Shown here: piece after piece, positions 63,523-64,000 of the stretch
Layout of the letters: every line of letters begins with the position of its first letter
How positions within the stretch are numbered: position 1 is the stretch's first letter
Virus record (IMG/VR): IMGVR_UViG_3300032218_003059
Coordinates: 1 to 64,000 of that record
Reading direction: 5' to 3' (one strand)
Length of the DNA stretch: 64,000 nucleotides
Source: a virus
Lineage: Duplodnaviria; Caudoviricetes
Program-made: the position numbers and the translations under genes
The notes under the pieces: model-generated
What the model was told of the DNA's origin: nothing
Seen by the model: only the letters and a program-made list of their open reading frames with translations
Databases searched by the model: none

Positions 63523-64000
63523 TAAAATCTATAGGACTTGAAATTGTTGGTGAGACTAATAATGATTTTCTATGTTACTGCCCATTTCATTCCAATAGAC
63601 ACACATCAAGCTTTAGCGTAAGCCGTGAAAAGGGAGCATTCATATGCTTTAATCCTTCATGCGGAGAATCTGGAACATTAATAGATTTAATTAAAAGAGT
63701 AATGAATAAAAATGATTTTCAAGCCATGAGATTTATATCTACTAAAGAATCAGAAGCTCTTGATAACTTTGATGAATTGCTTTCAGAAGCAATGGAAGTT
63801 AAGCCAGACTTTGAAGAGTTTGATACTGAGATATTGGGAAAGCTTCACTCTGGAATTAAAGAGTCTGAAAAAGCAAAAGCGTATTTAAAATCCAGAGGAA
63901 TTAACGATGAGTCTATTAATCATTTTGAATTAGGTTATTCAGAATCTTTAGATATGGTTGTTACCCCAGTACATAGTCCAGACGGAACACCAATTGGAAT
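63450..64000 (+). CDS. dnaG: DNA primase (DnaG-like), N-terminal part, truncated by window end
   Basis: Hand-translated CHC2 zinc finger CPFHSNRHTSSF...CFNPSCG and YLKSRGI...FELGY. Confidence 0.88.
   Translation, partial: MAIRGYNTKQIDTTQYAPAHIKSIVKSIGLEIVGETNNDFLCYCPFHSNRHTSSFSVSREKGAFICFNPSCGESGTLIDLIKRVMNKNDFQAMRFISTKESEALDNFDELLSEAMEVKPDFEEFDTEILGKLHSGIKESEKAKAYLKSRGINDESINHFELGYSESLDMVVTPVHSPDGTPIG

Overview
This window is 64 kb of a large, AT-rich tailed dsDNA phage genome of siphovirus type (2522-aa tape measure protein, tail chaperone with a -1 frameshift). An actinobacterial host is inferred from leaderless-type promoters, the holin type, class II RNR and a gene order resembling large actinophages. 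Left to right: a cluster of 2OG-Fe(II) oxygenases with a tRNA-Ile(UAU); a lysozyme-like enzyme, GT4 glycosyltransferase, nrdJ, NDP-sugar dehydratase and holin; a chain of fibre-like virion genes; portal, protease, capsid, neck, tail and TMP genes; tail-tip genes; and the start of a replication module (phosphoesterase, DnaB helicase, truncated primase). No terminase is visible. The most striking feature occurs twice: a fibre-type protein ending in a low-complexity tandem peptide repeat plus a C-terminal Hint domain, followed directly by a run of prolyl-hydroxylase-like oxygenases. The repeats are 14 x FF[SAT]PP[GSY] in one locus and 41 x X-X-Thr in the other. The second locus also has a GT60/Skp1-type GlcNAc transferase. 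This suggests a phage-encoded system for autoprocessing, hydroxylating and glycosylating virion peptides. There are 15 2OG-Fe(II) oxygenase genes in total. Other notable items are an R-S-E ADP-ribosyltransferase-like domain inside the tape measure protein, an oxygenase-CDGSH fusion and two candidate structured ncRNAs. All family calls come from motif recognition by eye; no database search was run.
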